NCBI GenBank assembly: GCA_963796105.1
Contig: CAWCKJ010000008.1
Span: 138,330 to 202,329, forward strand
Origin: a candidate division FCPU426 bacterium
GTDB taxonomy: Bacteria > Oederibacteriota > Muellerivitia > Muellerivitales > Muellerivitaceae
Reading direction: 5' to 3'
Length of the DNA: 64,000 nt
In this document: positions 11,617-22,122 of the stretch, piece by piece
Numbering within the stretch: position 1 is the first letter of the stretch
How the letters are laid out: the number at the start of each line of letters is the position of its first letter
Translations under genes and position numbers: made by a program
Notes under the pieces: model-generated
Database searches by the model: none
The model's input: only the letters and a program-made list of their open reading frames with translations
Told to the model about the DNA's origin: nothing

Positions 11617-12357
11617 TTATTTTCGACCTGCCCTTCGGGTTTTCCGCATGGATTCTCCCTTCATGGTGATCTTGTGAGCGTTGTGCACCAAACGATCCAG
11701 GATGGCGTCGGAAAGAGTTGGGTTTCCCAAAGCGTCATGCCATTTCTCCACCGGAATTTGGGCGGCTACTAGAGTGGACTTGCGGTCGTAGCGATCTTCC
11801 AGAATCTCAAATAAAGCCCGCCGTTGTTCATCTACCAATGGCATGGAAGCCCAATCGTCCAAGATCAAAAGATCAAACTTGGCCAGGTAGGAAAGAAGTT
11901 TTAAATACTTTCCGTCCACCCGGGAGACAGCCAATTCCTCAAAGAGCCGGGGGAATCTCAAGTAAAGAACCCGATGGCCTTCCCGGCAGGCCTTTTGCCC
12001 AAAGGCACAAGCTAGATAACTCTTGCCCGCCCCTGTGGGCCCCACAATCAGACAGTTATCGTGGTCTGAAATCCATCGGCACGAAGCCAGGGACATCACT
12101 TGGCCTTTGTCCAGCCCTCGGGGTTGCTTGAAGTCTAAATCTTCCACACAGGCGTTCAAGCGAAGCTTGGCCGTGCGGAGGCGGCTTTTGAGCTTTTTGT
12201 TCTCCCGTGTCGTCATCTCCCGGTCCACCAAAAGCCCAAGTCTTTCTTCGAAACTCAAGGATTTGCAGTTCTTGTTTTCTATCTGCTCCTTGTAAGCCGT
12301 AAGCATTCCTTCCAGGCGTAAGTCGGACAGCTTTTCCAACATCGGTTGAGCCAACAT
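11617..12357 (-). CDS. istB: IS21 helper ATPase IstB
   Basis: GPTGAGKS Walker A, LLILDDW Walker B, DAILDRLVHNAH, GESMR. Confidence 0.96.
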   Translation of the reverse strand: MLAQPMLEKLSDLRLEGMLTAYKEQIENKNCKSLSFEERLGLLVDREMTTRENKKLKSRLRTAKLRLNACVEDLDFKQPRGLDKGQVMSLASCRWISDHDNCLIVGPTGAGKSYLACAFGQKACREGHRVLYLRFPRLFEELAVSRVDGKYLKLLSYLAKFDLLILDDWASMPLVDEQRRALFEILEDRYDRKSTLVAAQIPVEKWHDALGNPTLSDAILDRLVHNAHKITMKGESMRKTRRAGRK

Positions 12358-12367
12358 ATTTTCTCCT

Positions 12368-13925
12368 TTAGTTTTGAGTTTGGTAATACTCCGCGCCTCT
12401 CACAAACTCATGGGTGAGGGCGGGTAATACCGGCTGTTCGGACTCAAGGGGTTTTTGATCCAGTCCCAACTTGAGGATGGACTCGATGTTGTGATAACGG
12501 GGAGAAGGGATGCTCGAGGCCCTGCGGCAGGCTGCTTCCAGACGATCCTTGCCGTATTTTTTGCCCAACCTCATAATGCCAAGACAAGACCTGTAACCCT
12601 GCTCAGGGTGGAAGTGAGAAGCCAATATCTTCTCCACCACGGCCCTTGTGGCTTCACCCGACTCACCCGCCCATTGGGCCAACCTCACCGGTGTCCATTC
12701 GGCATACTGGCGGTGGCCTTGAGGCATATGCTCCAAAACCGTTGTGTGTCGGTGCTCAACGAAAGATCGTGCGTGACTGGCCACTCTTTTGCCTTGGTGG
12801 AAGATTTCCACCACACTAGAGGTAAGCCGGACATCCAGTTGTTGGCGCACCAGTTGGTAGGGCACGCTGTAATAATGCTTTTGGACTTCAACGTGGTAGT
12901 CAATGTTCACCCGAACCTTTTTCCATTCAGCGAATTCGTAGGGCTGTGAGGGTAGTGGCTTCAAAAGGGGTTTTTCCAGGGTTTCAAAGAGGGTTTGGCG
13001 GTTGGAAGAAAGCTTTTGGAAGGGCCGCTGGTTGTAGACCTGAAGGAGTTCCCAAATGGCTTCATTGAGTTCTTGAAGGGAGAAGAAGGTACGGTTGCGC
13101 AAAGGAGCCAGGATGCGGCGCTCTACCCCTTGAACTCCCACCTCCACTTTTGCCTTGTCCCGAGGTTTGACTGGGCGGGCAGGGAGAACGGCGATGCCGT
13201 AATGCTCAGCCATTTCCTGATAGGTGCGGTTGAGGAAAGGTTCATACCGATGGGCGGTGGTAACTCCGGACTTCAAATTGTCCGGGATCAGCAGTTCGCA
13301 AACTCCACCCATGAACTCGAACGTTCTTACGTGTGAGGCGATCCAGTTGGGCAGTTCCTGGCTCCAAGTGGCTTCCACGTAGGTATAGTTGCTCGCTCCT
13401 AGCACGGCCACGAAGATACTGGGCTTCCCTCACTTCGCCGGTTTGACGATCCACTACACCCATGGTCATTCCGGCGTAGTCCACGAACATCTTTTCACCG
13501 GCCTTGTGGGTCTGCCGCATCACCGGCTCCAACGTCTTCTCCCACTGTCGGTAATGCACGCGGAACTGTGTGTACTGGTAGCCTTGAGGGTTGGCCTGCT
13601 GGTATTCCTCCCACAAAAGCTGGAGGGTAACCCCTTTCTTTTTGAGTTCCTTGTGGAGGTATAGAAAATCAGGAAAGGGTCTTGAGGCGTTTTTTTCGAA
13701 CTTTAAAGGGCCGGAGGGAAAAAAGAGTTTCTCCAACTGCACATCGTTCAATTCTGGTGGCAGGGGCCAAGTGAGTTGGGCTTGAGCCGCCTTCTTGAGG
13801 AACCCTTGGATGGTTGTCCGGCCAACCCCGATGGCCTGAGCCATCTGTCGTTCACTGAGGTTTTTCTCGAATCTCAACCGCAAAACTTCACGAATCTGGC
13901 GCATAGGTATCCTTGCTCTTGGCAT
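12368..13925 (-). pseudogene. istA: IS21 transposase IstA, frameshifted near 13418
   Basis: N-part MRQIREVLRL...HKAGEKMFVDYAG; C-part [27 protein letters not shown]; one extra base (CAG T ATC TTC) separates the frames. Confidence 0.9.
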
Positions 13926-15021
13926 GGTTCCTCCCGTTGATAGTGTCCAACGGGGAGTCACCGTACCATTTTGGTAAGGATTCCCTCTGTCGCTTGGTCC
14001 TAAAAGCTCCTCAATAAACTATCCGGCAAAGGTGGCCGGATTGGGCCGTCACAGGTGGCCGCTTTGCTCCGTTTTAGGTGGCCGGATTCAACCGTTTTGG
14101 GTGGCCGCTTTCGTCCGTTTTACGCACCCAACTTGAAAAAACGACTTTGACGCTCGACGAGAGCCCGCATAGCAACCTTACTTTGGCGAGAGATCATGGT
14201 GTCAGTTTCCCAATGACCGAATTGTTTACGCTGGTTGACAGCCTTGGGTCTCTTGTCGATGGAAATACGGCCTGGGATATGGTTTTTTGCGTGCTTGCGA
14301 CTGTGACCGAAGGAGAGACGTCGCCGGTGGTGTCGAACCAGGCAAGGAATCAGATCAGTGGCTTCAGCGTAAACCCACTGATAGATAGCTTCAGGGCCAA
14401 TGCTTTGCTTTGGCTGTAGGTGACCTAAACGACCTGAAATGAGTTCCGGGGACCAGCCTCGTTTCAATTGACGGCGAACGTAGGCACGATTTCATTTTGT
14501 TTTCAGGCGTAAACGGCGAGCCCGTTGTTGATTGCGGGCAACATACCGTTAATGTGCCCGATGAGAAAGATAATAACCAGAGCAGATGGGGGGGAGCATT
14601 GCGCTTGAGTTCTCGGGAGAGGGTGGAGGGGGACCTCTTCAAGGCCCGGGAAATGGCTCGAAGGCTAAGGCCCTTTCCTTTCAAGACGGATAAATGATCT
14701 CTTTCTTCGATACTTAAATGCTTGTAGTTCTTTTTCATGGCCGCATATCCTATTCATGCGGCCTTCTTCAGGCACTAAGTGTTGTACTTACTTATGGAAC
14801 TCGGGATTAATATTTTTCCAAAAGTCTCCAGAGTTTTAGTTTAGTCAAGAATGATCCTGCGGGGATCTGATATTTCGTACTTGAAAAGTTGAAGCTAGAA
14901 GAAATGTAATTGTAGGTATGAAAAAATTTACAGATAGAAGCAAATACTTATCTTATTTCCAATTTCGTCAGAATAAAACAAAGAGTAGAATTTGTATTTT
15001 ATTAGGAGGATTAGAATTTTA

Positions 15022-16009
15022 AATGCCTCTCCAAACGGTACCTGTTGAAATAAAGGAATACAGGAGTATACTCATTGTTGGAGGGGCAAATTATGAACTA
15101 CCAACGGATGAAGGGGATTGAGATTTTCAAGGAAATCGATACAGAAGAAAAGGCACGTCAATGGGTGTGGAAGAGCCGTTTTGCCGGAAAAGACTTTGTT
15201 TGCCCACAATGTGAAGGAGAAAGTTTCTGGCAACACAAAAACCGCCCCGAAGTGCGGGAATGTGACTATTGTCGAAAGCAAATACGGCTTCGAGCCGGAA
15301 CGATCTTCCGGAAATCCAAGATCCCAATCTTAACCTGGTTGAGGATGATTGGATTGGTGATGCAAGGGAAAAGGGGCATTTCAGCCCTGGAACTTCAGCG
15401 GCAATTGGGAATGCCCTCCTACGATACCGTTTGGAGGATGTTGCATAAGATTCGGGAAAGTCTTCGACAAAGGGATGAAAATTACCAACTCAAGGAAATC
15501 ATTGAGTTGGATGGGGCTGTATTCGGCAAGAGAGAAAAGGAAAACCAGGCTGAAGTGCTGGTGGCGGTTGAAAGCAAAGAATGGATAGATGAGAAAGGGC
15601 GCAAAAAAGAGAAAGCGGGTTTTGCAAAGATAAAGGTGACCGCAGAAACCAAGTGGGAAGCCCAAGCATTCGTCGATCAAGCAATCCAGAAAGGCGCCAT
15701 GATAAACACGGATGCCAGTCCCAGCTTGAGAAACTTGGAAAACGTGGATGTGGAGTACCAGGTAACAGCCAATGACCCAGTGGTGTTAAATCACTGGTTA
15801 CCTTGGGTCCACCGATTCATTTCCAACGCCAAGGCTTGGATCCTAGGAACCCATCATGGAGTCAACGTGAAATATCTGCCTGGATACTTGAGCGAATATA
15901 CTTATCGGTTCAATCGTCGCCATGACCCAGATTCCTTATTTCACCGGGCCTTAACCGCTTGCGCTTTGGCAAAACCCATTACTGCGCAAGCGTTGTTCGG
16001 ATAGGCATG
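15022..16009 (+). mobile_element. IS1595-family element A, copy 1 (988 bp)
   Basis: Ends AATGCCTCTCC / GGATAGGCATG; 8-bp target duplication GAATTTTA; second copy at 42251-43238 fixes the boundaries. Confidence 0.95.
15093..16004 (+). CDS. IS1595-family transposase (ISSod11-like D-D-H-K pattern)
   Basis: Zn ribbon CPQC/CDYC, GISALELQRQL HTH, IELDG, NTDAS, VHRFISNAK, EYTYRFNRR. Confidence 0.93.
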   Translation: MNYQRMKGIEIFKEIDTEEKARQWVWKSRFAGKDFVCPQCEGESFWQHKNRPEVRECDYCRKQIRLRAGTIFRKSKIPILTWLRMIGLVMQGKRGISALELQRQLGMPSYDTVWRMLHKIRESLRQRDENYQLKEIIELDGAVFGKREKENQAEVLVAVESKEWIDEKGRKKEKAGFAKIKVTAETKWEAQAFVDQAIQKGAMINTDASPSLRNLENVDVEYQVTANDPVVLNHWLPWVHRFISNAKAWILGTHHGVNVKYLPGYLSEYTYRFNRRHDPDSLFHRALTACALAKPITAQALFG

Positions 16010-16174
16010 GAATTTTACATTTGTATTAAATGAGAGAAACGGTTCGGCTAATTGGATAGAAAAGCTTGAGTTATAAACGCAGGATATCATTGGCACATTT
16101 AAATTGAAGGGGTAGTTTCCCGCAGATCAAATAAGGAACTGATCAAGGTATCCAAACGACCAAATTCAAAGGAG

Positions 16175-16360
16175 ATGCCTGTAAAAAAGTAGAATGTTGA
16201 AAGCTAGATCAAAATACCTTTCAACAGTCGTCCAAATTGATGAAGCCAAGCTTAAGGATCACCTGGGGATGGTCGTGCAAAATACAGTTGAAAATACTCT
16301 TAACCAGATGTTGGACGCTGTAGCGGATGTATTTGCGAGGGATAAATTATGAAAGAAGTC
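16175..16360 (+). pseudogene. IS256-family transposase 5' remnant
   Basis: Hand translation VVQIDEAKLKDHLGMVVQNTVENTLNQMLDAVAD, then frameshifted NYERS; resembles the IS256 N-terminus; stop codons upstream. Confidence 0.7.
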
Positions 16361-16380
16361 AATATCTGTTAGAAAACGGA

Positions 16381-16430
16381 ATAAAGAAAACCCGTTAAAA
16401 CCCTTGGGGCGGTCCCGGGGTTTTAGCGAG
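16381..16430 (-). terminator. Intrinsic terminator for the 16455-16919 gene
   Basis: CGTTAAAACC...GGTTTTAGCG stem followed on the minus strand by TTTTCTTTAT. Confidence 0.6.
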
Positions 16431-16454
16431 TATGAATAAAGCGTATTGAGAGAC

Positions 16455-16919
16455 TTAAGACAGAGACGAATTAGAAGTTGCTACCTCTTGTTCTTCCTTT
16501 TTAAAAATTTGGTTAGAATTTTTGTGAGAGCCTTTTGTTAAGCGATATCCAGCGGCTTCTAACGCTTGTTTCCAGCTACCGAATTCTCTGCGGGCTGCAG
16601 AATAAAGGGCCAAACGATCACGATATGTCGTTAATAAATTTTTGGAATCGGCTGATCTAACCAAATCAAGAACTTGGTCTTTTGACCATTTAGTTAATTT
16701 TTTTCGGCGGCGAGATTTTCCCGCCTCCAAAATCTGCTCGTAATCAATTCCGGCTGCTTTTATTGCATTTGCCCAACTTGCAAAATAACGTCTGGAACAA
16801 GCGGCGGTAAAAAGGGGAATATAATTCTTGGAAATATTACTGGCGGAAATATCAATGTTTTGTTTTTGCAAATCCTTTATAGTCTCAACAATTTTTTCTT
16901 TAGACCATTTTTGCTTCAT
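16455..16919 (-). CDS. Small basic protein with two homing-endonuclease-associated-repeat-like units; putative DNA binding
   Basis: Two repeats KWSKE/D...F(A/G)SW..A(I/L).AAG; AGGAG RBS; own terminator. Confidence 0.75.
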   Translation of the reverse strand: MKQKWSKEKIVETIKDLQKQNIDISASNISKNYIPLFTAACSRRYFASWANAIKAAGIDYEQILEAGKSRRRKKLTKWSKDQVLDLVRSADSKNLLTTYRDRLALYSAARREFGSWKQALEAAGYRLTKGSHKNSNQIFKKEEQEVATSNSSLS

Positions 16920-17057
16920 TTTTCGTTCTCCTTGTAATTTAGATAAATAAAGTGGAAAAATTGAAAAGACTATAACCTAAGCAACATTATGATATGTTAT
17001 GACATGTTATGACATTATGATTTACATTAGGTTGTGATGAATATTATTAAAATATTT

Positions 17058-18043
17058 TATGCTTATGCACAAAGTGACCGTGCTGTAATGGGTTTTGCTA
17101 AGGCACATGCGGTCAAAGCACGGTGAAATAAGGAATCGGGATCATGACGACGGTTGAACCGATAGGCATATTCACTTAGATACCGGCCTAAATACTTAGC
17201 ATCAACGCCATGATGAGTTCCAATGATCCAGGCCTTGGCGTTGGAAATGAACCGGTGTACCCAGGGCAACCAACTTTCCAACTCTTTCGGGTCATTGGCC
17301 ATCACCCGGTAGTCTGCCTCCACTCCTTTGAGTTCACGCAAGGCTGGCGAAGCATCTGTGTTGAGGAAAGAGCCTTTTTCCATAGTCTGATTCACGAATT
17401 CCTGGCTCTCCCACTTGGTTTCCATAGCTACCTTCACCTTGGCAAAACCCGCTTTTTCCTTCTTGCAACCATTCTCATCCACCCATTCCTTGCTTTCCAC
17501 CGCCACCAAGACTTCCACTTGGTTTTCCTTGGCCTTTTTCCCAAAAACCGCCCCATCCAACTCAATGACGCCCTTTAGAGTATAGCTTTCGTCCTTTTGC
17601 CTAAGACCTTCCCGGATCTTATGCAATAGAAGCCATGCCGAATGATCCGAAAGATTTAAATGCCGCTTCAGTTCCAGGGCCGAAATACCCCGTTTGCCCT
17701 GCATCATCAAACTGATGGCCCTGACCCAGGTTAAAAGAGGCAGCTTGGAGCTTTCAAAAATCGTCCCGGCGCGAAGCCGAAGACGTTTCCGGCAATAGTC
17801 ACATTCCCTCACTTCAGGCTTGGCCTGGTGTTGCCAGAAGCTTTCGCCCTCACATTGGGGACAAACAAAGTCTTTCCCGCCGAAACGGCATCTCCACACC
17901 CATTGGCGGGCTTCTTCTTCCGTGTGGATTTTCCTCAGAATTTTAATGCTTTTCATCCGCTGGTAGCTCATGTACCACCTCCCGTAGCGGACAGTATACC
18001 TATGTATTCCTTTATTTCAAGGGTCACTTAATACAGAAGCATG
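17058..18043 (-). mobile_element. IS1595-family element B, copy 1 (986 bp)
   Basis: IRs TATGCTTATGCACAAAGTGACC / CATGCTTCTGTATTAAGTGACC; 8-bp target duplication AAATATTT; second copy at 43247-44232. Confidence 0.95.
17063..17971 (-). CDS. IS1595-family transposase (paralog of element A)
   Basis: Same motif set as element A, with many substitutions. Confidence 0.93.
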   Translation of the reverse strand: MSYQRMKSIKILRKIHTEEEARQWVWRCRFGGKDFVCPQCEGESFWQHQAKPEVRECDYCRKRLRLRAGTIFESSKLPLLTWVRAISLMMQGKRGISALELKRHLNLSDHSAWLLLHKIREGLRQKDESYTLKGVIELDGAVFGKKAKENQVEVLVAVESKEWVDENGCKKEKAGFAKVKVAMETKWESQEFVNQTMEKGSFLNTDASPALRELKGVEADYRVMANDPKELESWLPWVHRFISNAKAWIIGTHHGVDAKYLGRYLSEYAYRFNRRHDPDSLFHRALTACALAKPITARSLCA

Positions 18044-18471
18044 AAATATTTTAATGGGACATTTAGGAGCCAGAAAACAATAAATCGTGTAATTTAAACA
18101 AGTTTATATATTGTCAAGTATTTAATGGCTAGAAAGCCTTATAAAAGACGCATGAGTTACTTTGGGACAACTTGCAAGAATTTGATCAGCCCCTAAATAC
18201 TTTCAAATAATAGTACTAAGAATTTTTGTCAATCATTATTCCGAATATCCAAATTTCGTTAAAGGAATGATCGTATTTAAGTTAGATAATTTCCGGTTTC
18301 TAAAGAAAATGCGTGTTCTTTGGACATAAAAGAAATTACTAGTTAAATAAACATGAATTATTCACCAATGGGGTAATAAGCTAACTTATCTCCAATCATT
18401 AGATTCAATGACTACTATTCAAATTTAGATTGTTTAAATCAATTTACCTATTCACAAGGCAGGTATTTTAA

Positions 18472-19182
18472 GTGAATAAAATAAAATTAAGCATTCAACT
18501 AATTATTTTCTTTTCACTTTCTTTGGTTCTGTACTTTCTTTTTTTATCGATTGGATCATTTAATCAAGTTGATCACGTTTTCCCATTTGCGTTTGGAAGT
18601 TTAGATCAAAATAAAACCAACGGATTTTTAAATATTATTTTCGCATCCACGTTCATTATCGCATTTTTGGGTTCGATCCTAATAGCGTGGATTCCCAGAT
18701 TGAACCCGGGTATTGCCTCCAATCTATTGGCGATGACTTTTTTTTATCTTTGGTTATTAGGGACGTTAAGCGCAAAAAACCATAACCATTTCAGTATTTA
18801 TTACTTATCAATTATTTTGGGGCTGATATTTTTATATCTATTTTTTTATATTATTGACGCTTGCCTCCCCGAAGAAACAAATCGGAATTCAACTCCAGAA
18901 TGGATCCATAAAATTGTCATCGGCTGGCTCTGGTGTTGGATGGGATTTTATTTCATCCTTTCTGCTATTTTGGCTTTAGAATCATTTGGATATTCACACG
19001 ATAGACTTTATTATTCTTTTGGCTCGTTGGCGCTTTGTTTTTCTTATTTTCTTGTTTATTTGCATTTGAAAAATACGAAACAAAAAAGCTTCACGATATT
19101 TTCTTTCGCGGGAAGAATGGTTTTCATTTTTTGGTTATTTTTATTATTTGTTTTATGGGTGGCCCAAAAGATTCTGATTTGA
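18472..19182 (+). CDS. Hypothetical multi-pass membrane protein
   Basis: 236-aa ORF with about 7 hydrophobic segments; family not recognised. Confidence 0.6.
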   Translation: MNKIKLSIQLIIFFSLSLVLYFLFLSIGSFNQVDHVFPFAFGSLDQNKTNGFLNIIFASTFIIAFLGSILIAWIPRLNPGIASNLLAMTFFYLWLLGTLSAKNHNHFSIYYLSIILGLIFLYLFFYIIDACLPEETNRNSTPEWIHKIVIGWLWCWMGFYFILSAILALESFGYSHDRLYYSFGSLALCFSYFLVYLHLKNTKQKSFTIFSFAGRMVFIFWLFLLFVLWVAQKILI

Positions 19183-19432
19183 CGAATAAAAATATTGAAA
19201 CCTCTGAAAAACTAAAATAAAGTTTCGAACAGAGGTTTCGACCCCTTAGATTTCCGCAGGCTTTGGTTTTGGGGGTACATAGAGGATTTTCCCTAAGATC
19301 GCCGTCAAATCGGGAGTTAAGATCAATGATTGCTGAAAAAACCGACAATATGCGACTTTTTCAGCACTTACATATTTTATAAACCATTCCATTCAACCCC
19401 AAGCTTTAAAGACTGGTATGATCAATGTATTA

Positions 19433-21076
19433 CCTGAATTTTGCGCCTAATAAAAAAACCATCTAGGAAACCATTATAGGATAAGGGTTGCGAAGCCAAC
19501 TCATCCTAAAAGAGGGTCCCCCAGATGGTGAAACGTCAAGATACGCCTCAGAAATCAAACCCGCAAGTCCAGAAAAAAGCCAATCGAAACGGGAGAATCG
19601 CGCCCAAGATTACGGCCAATACTCCCGTAGGTATTTGCGAAGACCGCCTAACAGCTTTTGGCGGATTGTTGGCATTGGCGAAGATGTTCGACCTTCTTGA
19701 TTTTGAGCGGGAATTCAAAAAACACTATGCCGCACCTAAACGCCTTCCGAATTTGGGCCACTACCGGATGGTAAGCGGCATCCTAATGCTTCTTTTCATC
19801 GGGTTTCAAAGGCTTGGCCATTTTGCCTACCTGAGGGGTGAGGTCATGCTGTGCGGTTTACTGCGGGTTCCCTTGTTGCCGGTAGTGACAACTTTTTGGA
19901 GATACCTGAGGTCGCTGGGGATCGGGCAGTCGGCATCGTTGCTGAATCTGAGTGGGGCGTTACGGGCCAAGGTTTGGGGACAGGTGAAATATGCCCCCAA
20001 GAAGGTGGAGATCAACATCGATACCACCACCGCAACGGTCTACGGAAATATCGAGGGAAGCCGAAAAGGATACAACCCCAAGCACCGGGGCAAGAAGGGA
20101 CTGAGGCCCATTCTGTGTTTTCTCCAGGAAACCCGGGAATATTTGTGCGGAACCCAAAGACGCGGAACCACCCTTAGTTCTGAGGAAGTGGCCCGCCAAA
20201 TTAGACAATTCCGGCGACTCTTGCCGTCCTGTGTCCGGACGATTCTGGTGCGCGGTGACGGTGAAATGATCGGCTGGGAAAGCGTGAAAGCCTGTGAAAA
20301 AGAAGGGTTTTCTTTCATCTTCGGGAACAAGCGGCATGACCCGCCTTTCACGAAAAAGGGTTGGTACCGCCATGGAGAACACGAATACAACGAATGTGTC
20401 CATCAACCCATAGGCTGGCAACAACCAGTCCGGTTTGTGGCGATGAGGACGCTGGATGAAAAAGCGCGGGAGAAACAATTGAGCCTTCCTGAAATGGAAG
20501 GATATGTCTACCGAATCTTCGCGACCAACTGTCTGGGAGCACCCCATCGGGTGGTTGAGGAATACGACCTGCGCGCGGATGTGGAAAACCTGATTGGTGA
20601 GGCGCAACGGGAGGGGTTATTAGCAATTCCCTCTAAGAGTTTCCAAAGCCACCATGCTTTTTTCCAGATCGTGATGCTGGCTTACAACCTCTGGAGGTGG
20701 ATGAAACTAATGGTGGGCCATTGTGGAAAAGAAAAGCGACCGGGAAAGAAGCCACAGGAGAAGGAACAGATCACCATGCCGGACCATACCCTTCGGATCG
20801 CACGTTTGAAGATGCTCTTTGTAGCCGCCCGAATCCAGTATCACGGCCATCGGGATGTGGTGAGGTATTCAATCCATGATGATAGGACAGCGGGCCTATT
20901 GGGTTTCCTCAAATACCTTGATCGAAAACGATTGGAAAGACCCAGGGCGGCCTAGAAGTGGCTTGGTGCAAAAAATTCTTTGCACATAAGTTCACTTCTG
21001 ATGAAAATGGCCACTGTCGGGTCCCGATTCAGGCCGATCTGGCCACGGAATCGGTAAACTCGGTGCAAAATTCAGG
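19433..21076 (+). mobile_element. IS1380-family element, 1644 bp
   Basis: IRs CCTGAATTTTGC(G/A)CC; 5-bp target duplication TATTA (19428-19432, 21077-21081). Confidence 0.92.
19525..20955 (+). CDS. IS1380-family transposase
   Basis: LTAFGGL, INIDTT..VYGNIEG..GYN, VRGDG, Y..RADVENLIGE, LAYNL. Confidence 0.9.
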   Translation: MVKRQDTPQKSNPQVQKKANRNGRIAPKITANTPVGICEDRLTAFGGLLALAKMFDLLDFEREFKKHYAAPKRLPNLGHYRMVSGILMLLFIGFQRLGHFAYLRGEVMLCGLLRVPLLPVVTTFWRYLRSLGIGQSASLLNLSGALRAKVWGQVKYAPKKVEINIDTTTATVYGNIEGSRKGYNPKHRGKKGLRPILCFLQETREYLCGTQRRGTTLSSEEVARQIRQFRRLLPSCVRTILVRGDGEMIGWESVKACEKEGFSFIFGNKRHDPPFTKKGWYRHGEHEYNECVHQPIGWQQPVRFVAMRTLDEKAREKQLSLPEMEGYVYRIFATNCLGAPHRVVEEYDLRADVENLIGEAQREGLLAIPSKSFQSHHAFFQIVMLAYNLWRWMKLMVGHCGKEKRPGKKPQEKEQITMPDHTLRIARLKMLFVAARIQYHGHRDVVRYSIHDDRTAGLLGFLKYLDRKRLERPRAA

Positions 21077-21201
21077 TATTAATAAACCAACATGATCAGA
21101 AGCTTCAAGGGTTTGAACCCCTACTTTTCACTCAAGGATTGACTTGATTTTAACCGAACTGCAAACTAATGGCGATATATGAACGGGAAGGACGTTGATT
21201 T

Positions 21202-21903
21202 ATGAGTTGGGCCTCAGTTTTAATTCTGCCCGTTTTACTTACAGCGTTGGGAAAGGGCTGGAAATACATTCTAGAGACGTCAGAAGATTTGAACTTAATT
21301 CGGGTTTTGGAACCATGGTATTGGTTTTTATTCTTAAATCTCGTTTTGAGCTTGATCACTTCTTATTATGATTATCAATTTATTTATGTCGGCTTTTTAT
21401 TTCAAGTTGCCCTATGCGCCTGGTTCTCGATTTCCATGTCCTGGATCGTAAAAATTTGTCCCCATAAAAAGGCAATCCAATATCACAGTTGGTTTCAAAA
21501 GGGGAGACAAGCAAGGTTTTGCTATCGATGTGGAACTCGCCTGCCGAAAGATCATCATGGGGTGGTTATGAATGTAATGTCATGGGAAATTTATATTTTC
21601 CAAATCCCTCCTCATCTTTTTAAATATGTCATATTTTGGATCATTCAATCCGTGATGGGATTAATCTCTTTATTCCTTATTTTAAGGCTTGCCAAAAGGC
21701 CCGAGACGCAAATATCCATCAGCCTAATTTCTATCCTGATAGTCATATTTGGACCACCCATCATTTATTATTTCGGGCGTTTTAGGAAATATTTCTCGGA
21801 AAATAAGGGGCTTATCTGGTGGGATGATTTCAAAAATTCGTTTATATTTTGGGGAGTCTTTTCAGCATTCCTCTGGGTTTTATGGAAGTGCTTTAAAACG
21901 TAA
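21202..21903 (+). CDS. Hypothetical membrane protein with a Zn-ribbon-like loop
   Basis: Hydrophobic segments flank ICPH...RFCYRCGTRL. Confidence 0.6.
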   Translation: MSWASVLILPVLLTALGKGWKYILETSEDLNLIRVLEPWYWFLFLNLVLSLITSYYDYQFIYVGFLFQVALCAWFSISMSWIVKICPHKKAIQYHSWFQKGRQARFCYRCGTRLPKDHHGVVMNVMSWEIYIFQIPPHLFKYVIFWIIQSVMGLISLFLILRLAKRPETQISISLISILIVIFGPPIIYYFGRFRKYFSENKGLIWWDDFKNSFIFWGVFSAFLWVLWKCFKT

Positions 21904-21925
21904 ATATTTATATGGTTCAATCCTC

Positions 21926-21954
21926 TTGACTTGAAAAAGTAGGTAAGATATATT
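21926..21954 (+). promoter_or_regulatory. Sigma70-like promoter of the ilv leader
   Basis: TTGACT-17 bp-TATATT. Confidence 0.6.
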
Positions 21955-21988
21955 TCAATTCATTCTTTAGATGGTTTTAGGAGAAAAA

Positions 21989-22066
21989 ATGTCCTTCGGA
22001 ACTGCAAAAAATTCAGTCCATTTAATACTGGTATCTGTATTGCGTCCGAAGGCGGAACGCTCCTAA
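21989..22066 (+). CDS. ilv operon leader peptide (25 aa)
   Basis: AGGAG RBS; MSFGTAKNSVHLILVSVLRPKAERS*, with 7 of 9 consecutive codons Val/Leu/Ile. Confidence 0.8.
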   Translation: MSFGTAKNSVHLILVSVLRPKAERS

Positions 22067-22078
22067 AGATAGTTTTTA

Positions 22079-22122
22079 GGCCGCGGAGTCCCGCCAAATG
22101 GGGCTGCTGCGGCTTTTTTTTT
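22079..22122 (+). terminator. Attenuator terminator upstream of ilvB
   Basis: GCCGCGG-AGTCCC...GGGGCT-GCTGCGGC stem followed by T9. Confidence 0.85.

Larger units (their letters stand above)
11389..14126 (-). mobile_element. IS21-family element, 2738 bp
   Basis: Ends TGCGTA...TACGCA; 6-bp target duplication CCCAAC (11383-11388, 14127-14132); subterminal GGTGGCCG repeats at 23-bp period (14031, 14054, 14077, 14100; inverted at 11431, 11454); istA and istB. Confidence 0.95.
11013..14738 (-). pseudogene. IS30 transposase pseudogene (pieces 14738-14127 and 11382-11013)
   Basis: Removing the IS21 and one CCCAAC copy rejoins ...RFFKLG/KFKRKTA... in frame; also a frameshift in a 7-base run (14588-14594) and in-frame stops at 14549-14551 and 14492-14494. 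Confidence 0.88.
11006..14805 (-). mobile_element. IS30-family element (~1056 bp once reconstructed), decayed and interrupted by IS21
   Basis: Imperfect terminal IRs 11006-11034 / 14777-14805 (inner 16 bp match 15/16), ATT repeat on both flanks; IS30 motifs HLSIEER, WSPELISG, GHWETDT, TYDNG, WEKGTVENTIGLVRRYLPK, LNNRPRKCLGFKTPAE. Confidence 0.9.

Noticed and set aside
14031..14126. 23-bp periodic repeats as a CRISPR or novel array
   Set aside because: They are the subterminal transposase-binding repeats typical of IS21 ends
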